From Salpingoeca rosetta (taxonomy: Eukaryota; Protista; Choanoflagellata), in the NCBI GenBank assembly GCA_033442325.1, contig JAWQFM010000002.1:2693144-2757143 (forward strand): a stretch of 64,000 nt of DNA, read 5' to 3'. Numbering within the stretch: position 1 is the stretch's first letter; every line of letters starts with the position of its first letter. Positions 11,514 to 23,920 of the stretch are shown here, piece by piece. The translations under genes and the position numbers were made by a program. Below the pieces are notes generated by a model. It worked only from the letters and a program-made list of their open reading frames with translations. It did no database searches and had not been told where the DNA came from.

Positions 11514-14170
11514 ATGGCTCGGACTGCTGCTGCTGCTGCTGTTGCTGTGCTGTTGGTTGCGGCCTGTGTGGTGGCGCCTTCGATGGCGCTTCCCTTCACG
11601 GGCAGCACCAACGCCGCAGGCGGAAAGAACTGGGCCGTCCTCGTCGCAGGCTCCAAGTGCGTAGTCGTGTGTGTTTCGTGGTGCTGCGAATGTGTTTTGT
11701 CGTTGTTTATTGTTTGTCGTTGTCGTTGTTTGGTATTGTTCGTGGTGTTGTTGTTGTTGTTTGTTGTTGTTTGGTATTGTCGGTGTTGTGTCCTGAGCCC
11801 CCACCGGTCGTTGTGTTTCCTCCCTCCCTCGATCTCTCAATCTCTCAATCCCCCCCTCACACTCCCTCACACTCCCACACCCTCTCCCTCACCCTCACCC
11901 ACTCATGTGCCATTGGTTAGCACGTGGGGCAACTACCGCCACCAGGCCGATGTGTGCCATGCTTACCAGGTCCTGATCTCCCACGGCTTTGATCCCGACA
12001 ACATCATCACCTTCATGTATGACGGTAAGCTCAGGCGTGCGTGTGCTTAAGTTTGTGTGTTTGCATGTGTGTGTATGGTGCAGTGTGTGTGATTCGTTTC
12101 ATGTGCTTTTGTGTGTATGTTTGTGTCGACAGACCTTTGACTCAGTCACGATCAGTCAATCCTACTCACTCGTACTCGCTCGTATTCACTCATGCTCACC
12201 CATACTCACTCGTGCTCACCCATACTCACTTGTACTCGCTCGTACTCACTAAAACTCGCTCGTACTCACCCACAAACACACACACGCAAACACACACGCA
12301 CACACACGCACACACAAACCACCACCAGACCTTGCCCAGAACATCCAGAACCCCAACAAGGGTGTGATCATCAACCGCCCCAACGGGCCCAACGTGTACC
12401 AGGGCGTGCGCAAGGACTACACCAAGAACGACGTCACCCCACAGAACTTCCTTAACGTCATCAAGGGCAACAAGGCCGCCATGTCCGGCATCGGCTCCGG
12501 CCGCGTCCTCGAGAGCGGCCCCAACGACAACGTCTTCATCAACTTTGTGCGTCCCCCGCAACCACAACCACACACAACACCATCCACATTGTGATCTCGC
12601 GTGCGGCTCTGCTTCACAATGTTTCCTATGCTTCCTTGTGTGTGTGTGTGTGTGTGTGTACGTGTTTGTGTGTATGTATGTGTGTCTCTGTGTGCGTGTA
12701 TCCTCGTTGTGGCTTTTCCCACCTTCCATTCTATTTCCAAACTGCAAACCTCACCGACCGTGCCAACGTCACAACAAACGCACTGCAGGTTGACCACGGT
12801 GGCCCCGGCATCATTGCGTTCCCCTCGGACGTGCTGCAGGCCTCTGACTTGAACAACGCCCTCAGCTACATGAACCAGAACAACATGTACGCGCAGCTGG
12901 TCTTCTACCTCGAGGCCTGCGAGTCGGGCTCCATGTTCCAGAACATCCTCCCCACCAACACCAAGATCTTTGCCACCACCGCGGCCGACGCCACCCACTC
13001 CTCCTACGCCTGCTACTACGACTCCACCCTCCACACCTACCTCGGCGACGTCTACAGGTGTGCAGACAGTCTGTCTGTTTTGTTTGTTTGTTTGTTTGTT
13101 TGTATGTTTGTATGTTTGTCTGTCTGTCTGTATCTGTTTTGTTTGTTTGTTTGTTTGTTTGTATGTTTGTATGTTTGTATGTTTGTCTGTCTGTCTGTAT
13201 CTGTTTTGTTTGTTTGTTTGTTTGTTTGTTTGTTTGTTTGTTTGTTTGTTTGTCTGTCTGTCTGTCTGTCTGTATCTGTTTTGTTTGTTTGTTTGTGTCC
13301 TTCTTTGTTGTGTATGTACTGCAATGTATACCTCGTAATGCCTCACCACCACCACCACCACCACCACCACCACCACCACCACCACCACCACCACCACCAC
13401 CACCACCACCACGACGCATCTACCGTCGCCACTGCCACCACCAACAGCGTGAACTGGATGGAGAACTCCGACTCGAGCGATCTTCGCCAGGAGACGCTGT
13501 ACCAGCAGTACACCATTGTCAAGCAAGAGACCAACACCTCCACCGTGTGCCAGTTTGGCGACACCTCCTTTGACAGCAGCCCCGTCATTGACTTCCTCGG
13601 CGGCAACAACAGCACCGCCACGCTGACACACCTGCACAGCGCCGACGGCCACATGCACTTCCGCCGCCGCCCCACCGCCGACGCCATCGACTCCCGCATG
13701 GTTGAGATTGACATTATGCTCAAGCGCATTGCAGAGGCGCGCGACGACCAGGAGACGCGCACGGCCCTGCAGCAGGAGCTCGTCAGCATGCTCCAGCTGC
13801 GCGCCGACACCCGCGCCCGCTTTGGGCGCATTGTGTCCCGCGTTGCTGGTGAGGACAGCGTGGAGCGCCACATGACGACCCGCCTCTCCCTTCCCGACTA
13901 CACGTGCGTGGAGAAGGCCACGCGCGCGTTCCACGATGCGTGCCTCAACCTTGGCGCGAACGCGTGGGCGCTGGAGCACACAATGGCGTTTGTGAGCATG
14001 TGCTCGGAGGGCGCAGACCCGGCCGATATTGTCGCCGCCATCAACGACGACTGCTCCGTCAAGACGGTACGCGCTGATTGCGTGTAGATGTGTGTGTGTG
14101 TGTATGTGTGTATGTGCGTTTATGTCTGTCCCTGTCTCTCTCTCTCTGTCTCTCTCTCTCTCTGTCTCTC

Positions 14171-14233
<63 letters not shown>

Positions 14234-14377
14234 GTCTCTCTGTCTCTCTCTCTCTCTCTCTCTGTAGCTCTGTTTCTGCTGCGATTTGACCCCGCTGCTC
14301 CCCTCCAATTGATTGCGCTGCCTTGCTCACACCATTGTCTTTGCATCACCCCTTGACAGATGAAGCTGAAGCTCTAA
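11514..14377 (+). CDS. LGMN: Legumain / asparaginyl endopeptidase (peptidase C13)
   Basis: Signal peptide; [23 protein letters not shown]; catalytic His in DHGG and Cys in EACESGSM; C-terminal prodomain. Exons 11514-11656, 11921-12024, 12329-12546, 12789-13057, 13448-14066 and a probable 14360-14377 (last exon less certain). Confidence 0.93.
12160..12270. repeat. Degenerate ~10-bp tandem repeat (ctcgtactca-like) in a legumain intron
   Basis: Repeated cgtactcact / cgtactcgct / catactcact units. Confidence 0.7.
13344..13411. repeat. (CAC)n microsatellite, intronic
   Basis: Direct reading. It produces the spurious polyH/polyP/polyW ORFs. Confidence 0.9.
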
Positions 14378-15028
14378 GCCGCTTCCCTTGCTCATCATCT
14401 CCCCAACCAACCCATGTGTCTCTCTGTCTGCCACACTTTGCGTTCTCTTGTTTTCGTGTACCGCTTCACCTTGCGTGCGTTCTTTGCTGCGTGTTTGCAT
14501 CGGTCCCTGAAACGTTACGGTTGCAGGCGTGGCTTGTGCTCTTTCTTGTCCGTGCGCTTTGTTCTGCTTCACCCGCACCACACCGCAGTCACCACCACCA
14601 CCCCATAAACACACACACCCACACCCACACCCACCCGATGAGGAAGCGTTGCTTCGTGGTTTGTGACTGAGCAAGAGTTAAGGGCGGTTTTCTTCTTGTT
14701 TGAGGTTGATCAGGGGCAAGCACACACTCATACACAGGGCAAGGCAGACACAGTGCAGCAGGTACACAGGGCAGTGGAAGAAGAAACAAGAAAAGCATAA
14801 TGTGTTGACACCATCGACGACAACAATTCGCATACACACGTGCACAAAGGGTGGGGTTCACAGACGCACAAACACGAAGAACAAACACCCAACACTGCGC
14901 AAACAAACAGCCACGCAGTGCACACACGTAAAAGAACACCCGTGCTGCTGCTGTTGCGCGCGAGCCATGTACCTTTTGCTGCCACATGATGCAGTGTCCC
15001 GTCCCGTCGTGGCAGCGGTAGTGGTGGT

Positions 15029-15926
15029 TCAGTCGTCCTCGTCCTCGTCCTCGTCATCGAGGTCATCTTCCTCCTCCTCGGCCATCTGCGCCTCAAACTC
15101 CTCCTCCTCCTGCCGCGTCGGGTCAACCGCCTCTGCAACATCCTCTCCGCTGTACTCAACCTGCGCTGGCGGCGGCAGCTGCGGGCTGTGGCGGGTGAAA
15201 AAAAAAACAAAAAAAAACAAGAGCGAGTGTATGTGTGTATGTGTGTGTGTTGTGTATGTGTGGTGTGGTGTGGTGTGGTTTGTGAGATCTCGCGGTGAGC
15301 GAAGAGCGCAAAGCCAAGAAGCAGCAGCAGAAGAGCCGCTGAACAAGTTGGCGCAGGGCAAAACAAACAAACAAACAAACAAACAAACAAACAAACAAAC
15401 AAACAAACAAACAAACAAACAAACAAACAAACAAACAAACAAACAAACAAACAAACAAACAAACAAACAAACAAACACACAAACCCTGCACTTGCCGCCC
15501 CACTCCACCCACGCGCTTAACACGACTAACCTGAACGGCTCTGCCTGGTACTTGAGGCCATCGCCAATGTAGATGTTGGCAAACTTGCGGTCGACAGCAA
15601 AAGCGTGTGCGCCCGGCCATCTGTTTGAGGACACGCGCACGCACGCGTAGGCCGGATGCGCGGTGCTGGAGAGGCGGGTGGACCACGCAGGCAGCCCGTC
15701 CACATCTGAAGTATGAGGGGAGAGAAGGGGAGAAAGAGCGTGAGGAGTAATGGTGGGGATGATGAGGATGTGGTGCAATGAGTCGTTATTGGTGTGCATT
15801 GCACAGCTCGGGTGGTTTGGGGGGGGGTGTTACACACGCACAAACGAACAATTGGGGAGAAAAAAAAAGAAATGGAGACCAAGGTCCACATAAATGCACA
15901 AAGCTGCAGGACACAAACAGATGAAC

Positions 15927-15962
<36 letters not shown>

Positions 15963-18202
15963 AGACACACACTAACACATGCAAACACGCACGCACACAC
16001 ACACACATTAACACACACAATTACGCACCGTCGTCGTTCTGGAGCGGGGTGAGGAGTGGTGGGCCGGCCTCTGGCTCAATCTCTTCCTCCTCCTCCTCGT
16101 CTTCATCTTCGTCCTCCTCATCAAGCTCATCCTCTTCGCCCTTGAGGTTCGGGTTGACCCACTTGCTGCGACCCTGCGGCAGAATGTACGGCGCGTGGTG
16201 CACCCACCCCGAGAGGTCTGCCTCCAGCAGCTCCGCAAGCGACTTGCCCTCAAACTCCTCGTCCACAATGAAGTTGTCGCGAGCTGCGTGGTTGGTGTGG
16301 TTGGAGGAAGGAGGGGAATGGAGAGGGGTGAATGTATTGTGAGAGCGCTGTTTGCTCGTGGACGTTTGGGCGTGTTGATTCGGGGTAGATGCAAGCGCCT
16401 GTTCACACACGATATTGCAGCAAGACGGAAACGCACACACACACATGCACACACACTTTGCCTCACACAGCCATGCAAACACACATTCACACCACCACCA
16501 CGACCACCACGACCATCTTCGCCACCACCACCACGACCATCTTCGCCACCAGCGCACCTTCGTCGTCGCCGTCGTCCTCCTCCTCGTCAAAGGTAAAGTA
16601 CCCGACAGGGCTGACGTGTGTGCCGGCGGTGATACGGGCAATCTGCGCGCGAAGCAGTTCCATCTCCGTGCCGGCAAACGGCGGATATGCAACCACTGGC
16701 GCGTCCAGGCGGCCCGTGAAGCGCTTGCGGATTTGGCGGCACACGGAAATGTGCTTTGGCTTGACATTGGGGAGGAGGTGCCACTCCTGCCCGGGTTCGT
16801 TGCACACAAAGTACACCTTCTTGTTTGTGCCGGCGCCGTACTCCTCTGTGGGGAGGTCGGGTGGGGGCTTGTATGTCGACTTGGGCAGCGGGGTCACCCC
16901 GTTCTCCTCGTCCTCCTCGCCCTCGTCAGGCGTCTCCGGCTGCTCATCCGGTCGCTCCTGCACACGTGACATTGGCGATGAAACGTGAGCATCCACGCAA
17001 GCGCAAGGGGAGTCGTTGATGCACATGTGTGTATGTGTATGTGCGTACGTGCGTACGTGCGTACGTGCGTATGCGTGCGCAGGTGTGCAGCTGAGCGGGC
17101 ACCCACAACGAACTACAAAACACAAACACGCACAGCGACACCCAGCAACCACACCAACACACACACACATTCACTCAAACTCAACACACATGCATGCGCA
17201 CACATAAAACCACACACACACACACACGCACACACGTTTTCACACACACAAACACGCACAGCGACACCCAGCAACCACACCAACACACACACACACACAC
17301 ATTCACTCAAACTCAACACACATGCATGCGCACACATTCACTCAAACTCAACACACATGCATGCGCACACATAAAACCACACACACACACACACGTTTTC
17401 ACACACACACACACACACGTTTTCACACACACGCGCGCACTCACACACTCAGACCAGACCTCTTCCTCTGGCTGCGGCTCTTCGCCCTCGCGGTACTCGG
17501 CTTCTGCAATGATGTAGTCCTGCTCTGTGCCAAAGATCTTGCCCCAGAATGTGACGGACTTGAGCGGCTGCTGCTCTGCCAACTGCTTCAGTGCAAGGAA
17601 GATGCGGAACATCTCTTGCTCCCCCAGGCCGACGTCAGCGTCGGCAAAGTACCGCGCAAGGTCAAGCAGGTTTGGCACCACCTGCTCCGGCTCTGCCTCA
17701 TCTTCGGGAATCTCTGTCTCGTGCTTCAGCAGCGTCGATCTCGCCTTGGCCGTCAGCACGTTGTCTGGCGTCTCCGGTTGATCCTGCGATGCATGCGTTG
17801 GTGTTTGTGTTTGCGGTGTTTGTGGTGGCAGTGTGCGTGATCATGTGCATGCGTGAGGATAGGGGTGCATGCGTGAGGATACGTGTGTGTGTGTGTTTGT
17901 GTGTGTTTGTGTGTGTGTGTTGTTTACGTTTGCATTGCTGCTCAACGAACACAAGTCGCACACGCTCACAGCACACGCTCACAGCACACACACGCTCACA
18001 GCACACGCACCTTGAGAGAGTCCTCTGGAGCAAACTTGTCGGCCTTAATCTGGAAGGAGAGCTGCTCGACAACATCTGCCGCGTTGTTTGGGCGCTCGTC
18101 GAGCAGGCGTGTGATGAGCGTGGACAGGTGCTCGTACACAGACAGGCCGCTGTGGTCGCTCGCCTGCAACAGAAAGGCCTTGGCCGATTCAAAGTCAGCC
18201 AT
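15029..18202 (-). CDS. RSPH4/6: Radial spoke head protein 4/6 homolog
   Basis: [15 protein letters not shown]...[17 protein letters not shown]; [16 protein letters not shown]; [19 protein letters not shown]; [19 protein letters not shown]; [20 protein letters not shown]; [13 protein letters not shown]; [24 protein letters not shown]; acidic tail. Multi-exon. Confidence 0.93.
15360..15478. repeat. (AAAC)n microsatellite
   Basis: Direct reading; lies in the last RSPH4/6 intron. Confidence 0.9.
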
Positions 18203-18376
18203 GGTGATGTCTGTATGTGTGTGTGCGTATTGTGTATCGACTGCTTGGCAGCTGTGTCGCTTCGCTGGCTGGGAAGGTGACTGGAGTTGCTGGCTGTCGT
18301 GTCGCTTGGCTGCCTGATATCTGCTGGTAGTTGTGGTGGTGTTGTCTTGTGTGCTGTATGTGCTATGCTGTGGGAG

Positions 18377-18481
18377 GTTGCCAAGGATTGAAATGCAGGG
18401 CCAAAGTCAGGGTGTGATACGCACGAATGACGAAAATTTATGAAAGATATTCGCTGAATACTTGTTGGCAACGACGGCAAC
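18377..18481. promoter_or_regulatory. RFX/X-box-like half sites in the RSPH4/6-kinesin bidirectional promoter
   Basis: GTTGCCA at 18377-18383, its reverse complement TGGCAAC at 18466-18472, and GGCAAC at 18476-18481, upstream of a core ciliary gene. Confidence 0.6.
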
Positions 18482-18637
18482 AACAAACAGGTGCGTCGCT
18501 TCTTCTTGTGTTGTTTGTCGTTGCGCGCAAAGGACAAGCAAGGCAAGCAAGGCTGACACGAACGAAAGCCCAGCAGCCAGCCAGCACGACCCACCCATAT
18601 ATTGTAGCCACCACCTAAGCACCCGACACACATCACC

Positions 18638-18735
18638 TCACACGTACACCCCACAGGCACATCGCACGTCCACCACACGTACACCCCACAGGCACATCGC
18701 ACGTCCACCACACGTACACCCCACAGGCACATCAC
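18638..18735. repeat. ~35-bp tandem repeat (about 2.7 copies) just upstream of the kinesin ATG
   Basis: cacacgtacaccccacaggcacatcgcacgtccac repeated. Confidence 0.8.
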
Positions 18736-18779
18736 ACCGCAGCACACATACATCGCACACCGCACACCCACGGTGCACG

Positions 18780-19505
18780 ATGGGATCTGGTGCGAGCAAA
18801 GACCTGTCGGAGACGTCCAAGGCTCGCGTGAAGCAGTCGCGCACGCGTGCAGGGGCGGCCGGCGCAGGGCACTCGGATTACTTCCACGACATTTGCATGA
18901 TTGTGTTCCAGAATGCAGATGCAGACAACAACGGCGTCCTGGACGTGGACGAGTTTGAGTCCGTCCTCTCCAGCGACACGCTCAAGCTCAACCTGAGCAA
19001 AGACGAGATGGAGCAGATTCGCCGCAGTGCAGACCAGGACGGTGATGGCAAGATCTCCTACGAGGAGTTCATCCCCGTCTTCAAGGAGGTCCTCACAGTC
19101 ATCTACCAAGAGAAGGAAGAAGACTGGAACGACTGGTGCCAGGTGCGCGTGTGTGGGTGGGGCGTGTGTGTGTCGGTTTGTGAATGTGTGTGTATGTGTG
19201 TATTGTGTGTGTATGTGTGTGTATGTGTGCGTATGTGTATTGTGTACGTGTGTGGAGTGTGTTTTGTGTCTGCTTGTATTTGTTTGTGCGGTTGTGTCTG
19301 TCTGTTGCCTGTGTTAGTGCGTTGCCGCTTGTGGTCGCGTGCAAGCACCTGTTGTGTGTATCGAGTCATTTCAAGCGTGCCAACCCACAAGGTCGTCCCT
19401 CCATGTCGTTTCACGCCCACACATGCAACCGAACATGAACTCATCTCAAAACACACACACACACACACAATACACACAATACACACATTCACAAACCAAC
19501 ACACA

Positions 19506-19551
<46 letters not shown>

Positions 19552-19773
19552 ACAAACAACACACACAACACACTCACACACAAACGCCTCTAGANNNNNN
19601 NNNNNNNNNNNNNNNNNNNNNNNNNNNNNNNNNNNNNNNNNNNNNNNNNNNNNNNNNNNNNNNNNNNNNNNNNNNNNNNNNNNNNNNNNNNNNNNNNNNN
19701 NNNNNNNNNNNNCAACAACACACACACACACACACTACACACAACACACACACTACACAACAACACACACAAC

Positions 19774-19812
<39 letters not shown>

Positions 19813-21122
19813 TCACAAACAAACACACACAAACACACACACACACACACGCACAGCTGCGTGACCCACGTGACGGCAACGTGTACTACCTGAACAAGCG
19901 GACCGGCGCAACGCAGGTGGAACGACCACACAACTTCCACGAGGAGCGCGTGGAGATCCGCTCGTTTGAGTACGTCACGCTGGACGACGGCTCCGAGGTG
20001 ACCACCTACGTCGATGACAACGGGCAGCGCATGTACATGGACTGGGACCGGCAGGAGTGGATGCCGTTCCCGGACGAGTGGTACCCGCAGCAGCCGGAGA
20101 CGGAGCAGGCCCTTGACGAGACAGACGCGCGCGTGGGCCAATACAACCACCCGACGCGCGGCGTGCTCACCACATATCTGTTTGAGAACGAGCGCAACAC
20201 GCGGCTGTACTACGACGAGGACATGGGCCAGTGGGCGCGCATGCCGCTGCAGTGGGAGTGCGACATCCCCGAGGTGCGCGCCATGCTGCACGACATCAGC
20301 GAGAGCCTCCCGCACTGGACCAACGTCAACGAGCAGCTGCTGGCGCTGCGCGAGTGCAACTACAACCTCCCCGACGCCATTGCCTTTGGCGAAATCAACT
20401 TCCCTGCGCAGGGCGGCAAGGGCGGCAACAGCAAGCAGGGCGGGGCGCTGACGCTGGCGGCGGTCGAGCGGATTGCCGAGCTTGAGCGGCAGGTGGCAGA
20501 GAAGGACCAGCAGCTGAACAAGCTGCTGGAGGACAAGCAGCATCAAGAGTCGTCGGCGAAGCGCGAGCTCGTCAGGGAGAAGACGCGCGTCGAGGGCGAG
20601 ATGATGCGCAGGGAACGCTTCGCCGCAGACGCAGAGGTGTGTGTGTGTGGCTTTGTGTGTGTGTGTGTCTGTGTGGTTTTGTGGTTTTGTGTGTGTGTGT
20701 CTACTTGTGGTGTGTGTCTACTTGTGTTTGTGAGGGCGCTAGCTTGAGTGCAGTTACCCGTATCTGTGCCCTCAGCGGTGTCACACACAGTCACGTGTGT
20801 CCACGCCTTCACGCGCCCCTTCACGCGCCCCATTCCCCAACCCAACCACAACCCCCTTCCCCTCTTCCTTTCCCTCGAGACAGGAGCGCATTGAGAAGCT
20901 GATGAACACGAACAACGAGCTGCGGGACAAGGTGCGAGAGCTTGAGTCGCAGCTTGTGACACAGCAGGCAGACGCTGACCGCCTTGCCCAGCTTGAGGAC
21001 CAGGTTGCCTCCCTCGGCGGCGACGAAACAGGGGTACGCTCTCATCGTGGGGGTGTTGTTGCTGTTGGTGGTGGTAGTGTTGTTGCTGTTGGTGGTGGTG
21101 GTGTTGTTGCCGGTGGTGGTGG

Positions 21123-21168
<46 letters not shown>

Positions 21169-23030
21169 GGTGGTGGTGGTCATCTTGTTGGTGTTGTTGA
21201 GGTGCGTACTGTGTCGAACACACGCCCTTCGCCCTTCCAACAAACGTAACACAAGACTATTCCCCCCCTCCCTTTTTCCCCCTTAATTCTTAGGCGAAGA
21301 AGAAGGCAAAGGAGCTTGCGAACCAGCTTGAGCAGATGCGCATGGAGAATGTTGCGCTGAAGCTGAAGGTGCAGGAGTACAAGGACAAGGCGACGGACGG
21401 CGCGGCGCGGGCAGACGTGCTGCGAGACTTGCAGCGGCAGGTGGCCAACCTCAAGCGCGAGCAGCGCCAGACACAGGAGGAGCTGCAAGGCAACATCGAC
21501 ACGCTGGTGCCCATGTTCAGCACGGCCATCACGCATGCGCGCGGGCTGCTCACCAACGTGCACGCGCAGCTGGACGAGGTGACGGCCAAGTATCTCAAGG
21601 AGCAGATGCAGCGCAAGCTGCTGTACAACAAGGTGCAGGAGCTGCGCGGCAACATCCGCGTGTTCTGCCGTGTGCGGCGCGATGACCGTGGCGATTGCGT
21701 GTTCCGGTTTGCCTCGGACACGGAGATGGAGGTGAAGACGCTGCAAGGCAAGACGGCGCTGGTTGAGTTTGAGCGGTGCTTTGGTCCTTCCTCCACGCAG
21801 GAGCAGGTCTTTGCCGACACCAAGCCCATCATCCTCTCCTGCGTGGACGGGTACAATGTCTGCATCATCGCATACGGCCAGACTGGTGCGTGGTGTGCAT
21901 TGTACTGTGCTGTACTTGTTTGTGTGCGTGTTTTGCGCCGTGTATTTTGTGTGTTGTGCGTGTGTGTGTGTTTTGCACTGTGTGTTTTGTGTGTTGTGTA
22001 TGCGTGCGTGTGTTTGTGCATGCGTGCGTGTTTGTGTTTTGTCTGTGTTGCGGGTGTGTGCGTCGTGTGCGTTGTGTGTGTGTTGTGTTGTGTGTGTAGA
22101 CATGGCGGCATGTGTCTGCGTTTGAGCATCGCGTGCGAACATGTCACAACTTGTGTGCTCCGCTCCCCTTGCTTACTTCTGGTTGTGCTCATTCGCCGCG
22201 CGCCTCCCCCTCCCCCAAACACACACAACCTGACGCGTGCGCATTGCTGCTTCCCTTTGCGTGACTGCGCAGGCTCTGGCAAGACGTACACAATGATGGG
22301 ACCGCCCAACAACCCCGGTGTGAACCGTCGCGCCATTCAAGAGCTGTTCACACTCATGGGCGAGCGCAAGGAGACGGAGTACAAGGTGCAGGTGTCCATC
22401 ATGGAGGTGTACAACGAGAAGATCTTCGATCTGCTTACTGCCGAGCGCAAGAAGGACCTCAAGCTGCACTCGGGCCCCAACGGCACATATGTTGGCGGGC
22501 TGGTTGAGATTAACGCGACGTGTGAGGAGGACGTGCTCAAGGCAATTGAGACGGCCGAGCAGCACCGCTCTGTGGGCGCCACGCTCATGAACACAGACTC
22601 GTCGCGGTCCCACCTCCTGCTGCAGCTCACGGTCACCGCATACAACACCATCTCAAAGGCCACGACGGTGGGCAAGCTGACGCTGGTTGATCTTGCCGGG
22701 TCTGAGCGCGTGTCCAAGACGGAGGCGAGCGGCGAGCGGTTGGTGGAGGCCGCAGCCATCAACAAGTCCCTGTCTGCACTGGGCCAGGTGTTTAAGTCGC
22801 TGGCCACCAACTCCCCGCATGTGCCATACCGCAACTCGAAGTTGACGCACGCGCTGCAGGACTCGCTTGGCGGTGACTCGAAGACGGCCGTATTTGTCAA
22901 CGTCAGCCCCTTGGCGACCAACCTCTCCGAAACACACATGACCATCAAGTTTGGCCAGGGCATCCGCAAGATTGAGCTTGGGCCCGCCACCAAGCACAAG
23001 AAACCCGGGCCTCCACGCCCGCGCAAGTAG
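18780..23030 (+). CDS. Kinesin-14 (C-terminal motor) with N-myristoylation motif, EF-hand pair, WW/WW-like repeats and coiled coil, ~880 aa
   Basis: Exons 18780-19142, 19857-20636, 20884-21033, 21294-21885, 22273-23030 (2643 nt, in frame). MGSGASK; DADNNGVLDVDEF and DQDGDGKISYEEF; neck RKLLYNKVQELRGNIRVFCRVR; P-loop GQTGSGKT; SSRSH; DLAGSE; HVPYRNSKLT. Confidence 0.88.
19595..19712. other. Assembly gap (N run) in kinesin intron 1
   Basis: N run. Confidence 0.95.
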
Positions 23031-23050
23031 CGCCCCTTGTTGTTGAGGGT

Positions 23051-23090
<40 letters not shown>

Positions 23091-23446
23091 TTTGGTTGCA
23101 TTCGCGTGTTTGGTTGTTTGTTTGGTTGGTTGTTTGCGCTGTGCGTGAGTGAGTGTGGTTTGTTTGTGTCGTGTGTGCACGTGCGTATGCGCGTGTCGTG
23201 CATATGCGTTTGTGCGTGAGTGTACATTGCTGTGGGTGTCCGGGTTGATCTTGGGGACTCTTTGTTTCGTTGTTGACACGTGCACGATTTCCGACCACGC
23301 TGCTTTGTGCGTGCGCCTCAATCTGGGTGTTGTGACCAAGCCGTTCGTCGTTCTGCTTCTTGTGTGTTTTTGCGTTTTCTTCGCCTTTTGCTTAGAGTTG
23401 TGCATCCGTTGGAACACCTGTTCACCTGTCCATTTGGTTTTCCGCA

Positions 23447-23585
<139 letters not shown>

Positions 23586-23920
23586 ACATGACCTGATGTG
23601 AAGACGACCAATCCGCCCGCCCGTTTCACCACTTTACCCTCCTTTTCTTTCTTCTTCCACCTCCTTTTGACCCCGCCCGCCTGCAACAACGTGGGAGGCA
23701 GCATTTACAGCGTGTCTGCGCGTCCTTGTTGGTCTCCGTTCAACTAGTAAACACGTGCTTCTTTGCAAAGCTTGTGAGGTGTGTTTGTGTGGTGCAGTGT
23801 CTTGTTTGTTTGTTTGTTTGTTTGTGTGCATGTATTCGTGTGTGGTTTGTGTTTTGTGTGGTTTGTGTTTTTCGCGGCGAGCTGGGTGGCAAAATCACCA
23901 TTTTACCCACACACGACTGA

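Noticed and set aside
17120-17430. Longer duplicated CA-rich units in an RSPH4/6 intron
   Set aside because: Slippage or unequal-crossover expansion of low-complexity intron sequence; no element ends seen.
18638-18735. 35-bp direct repeats of CRISPR-like length
   Set aside because: The copies are contiguous with no unique spacers, no cas genes are present, and the context is eukaryotic.
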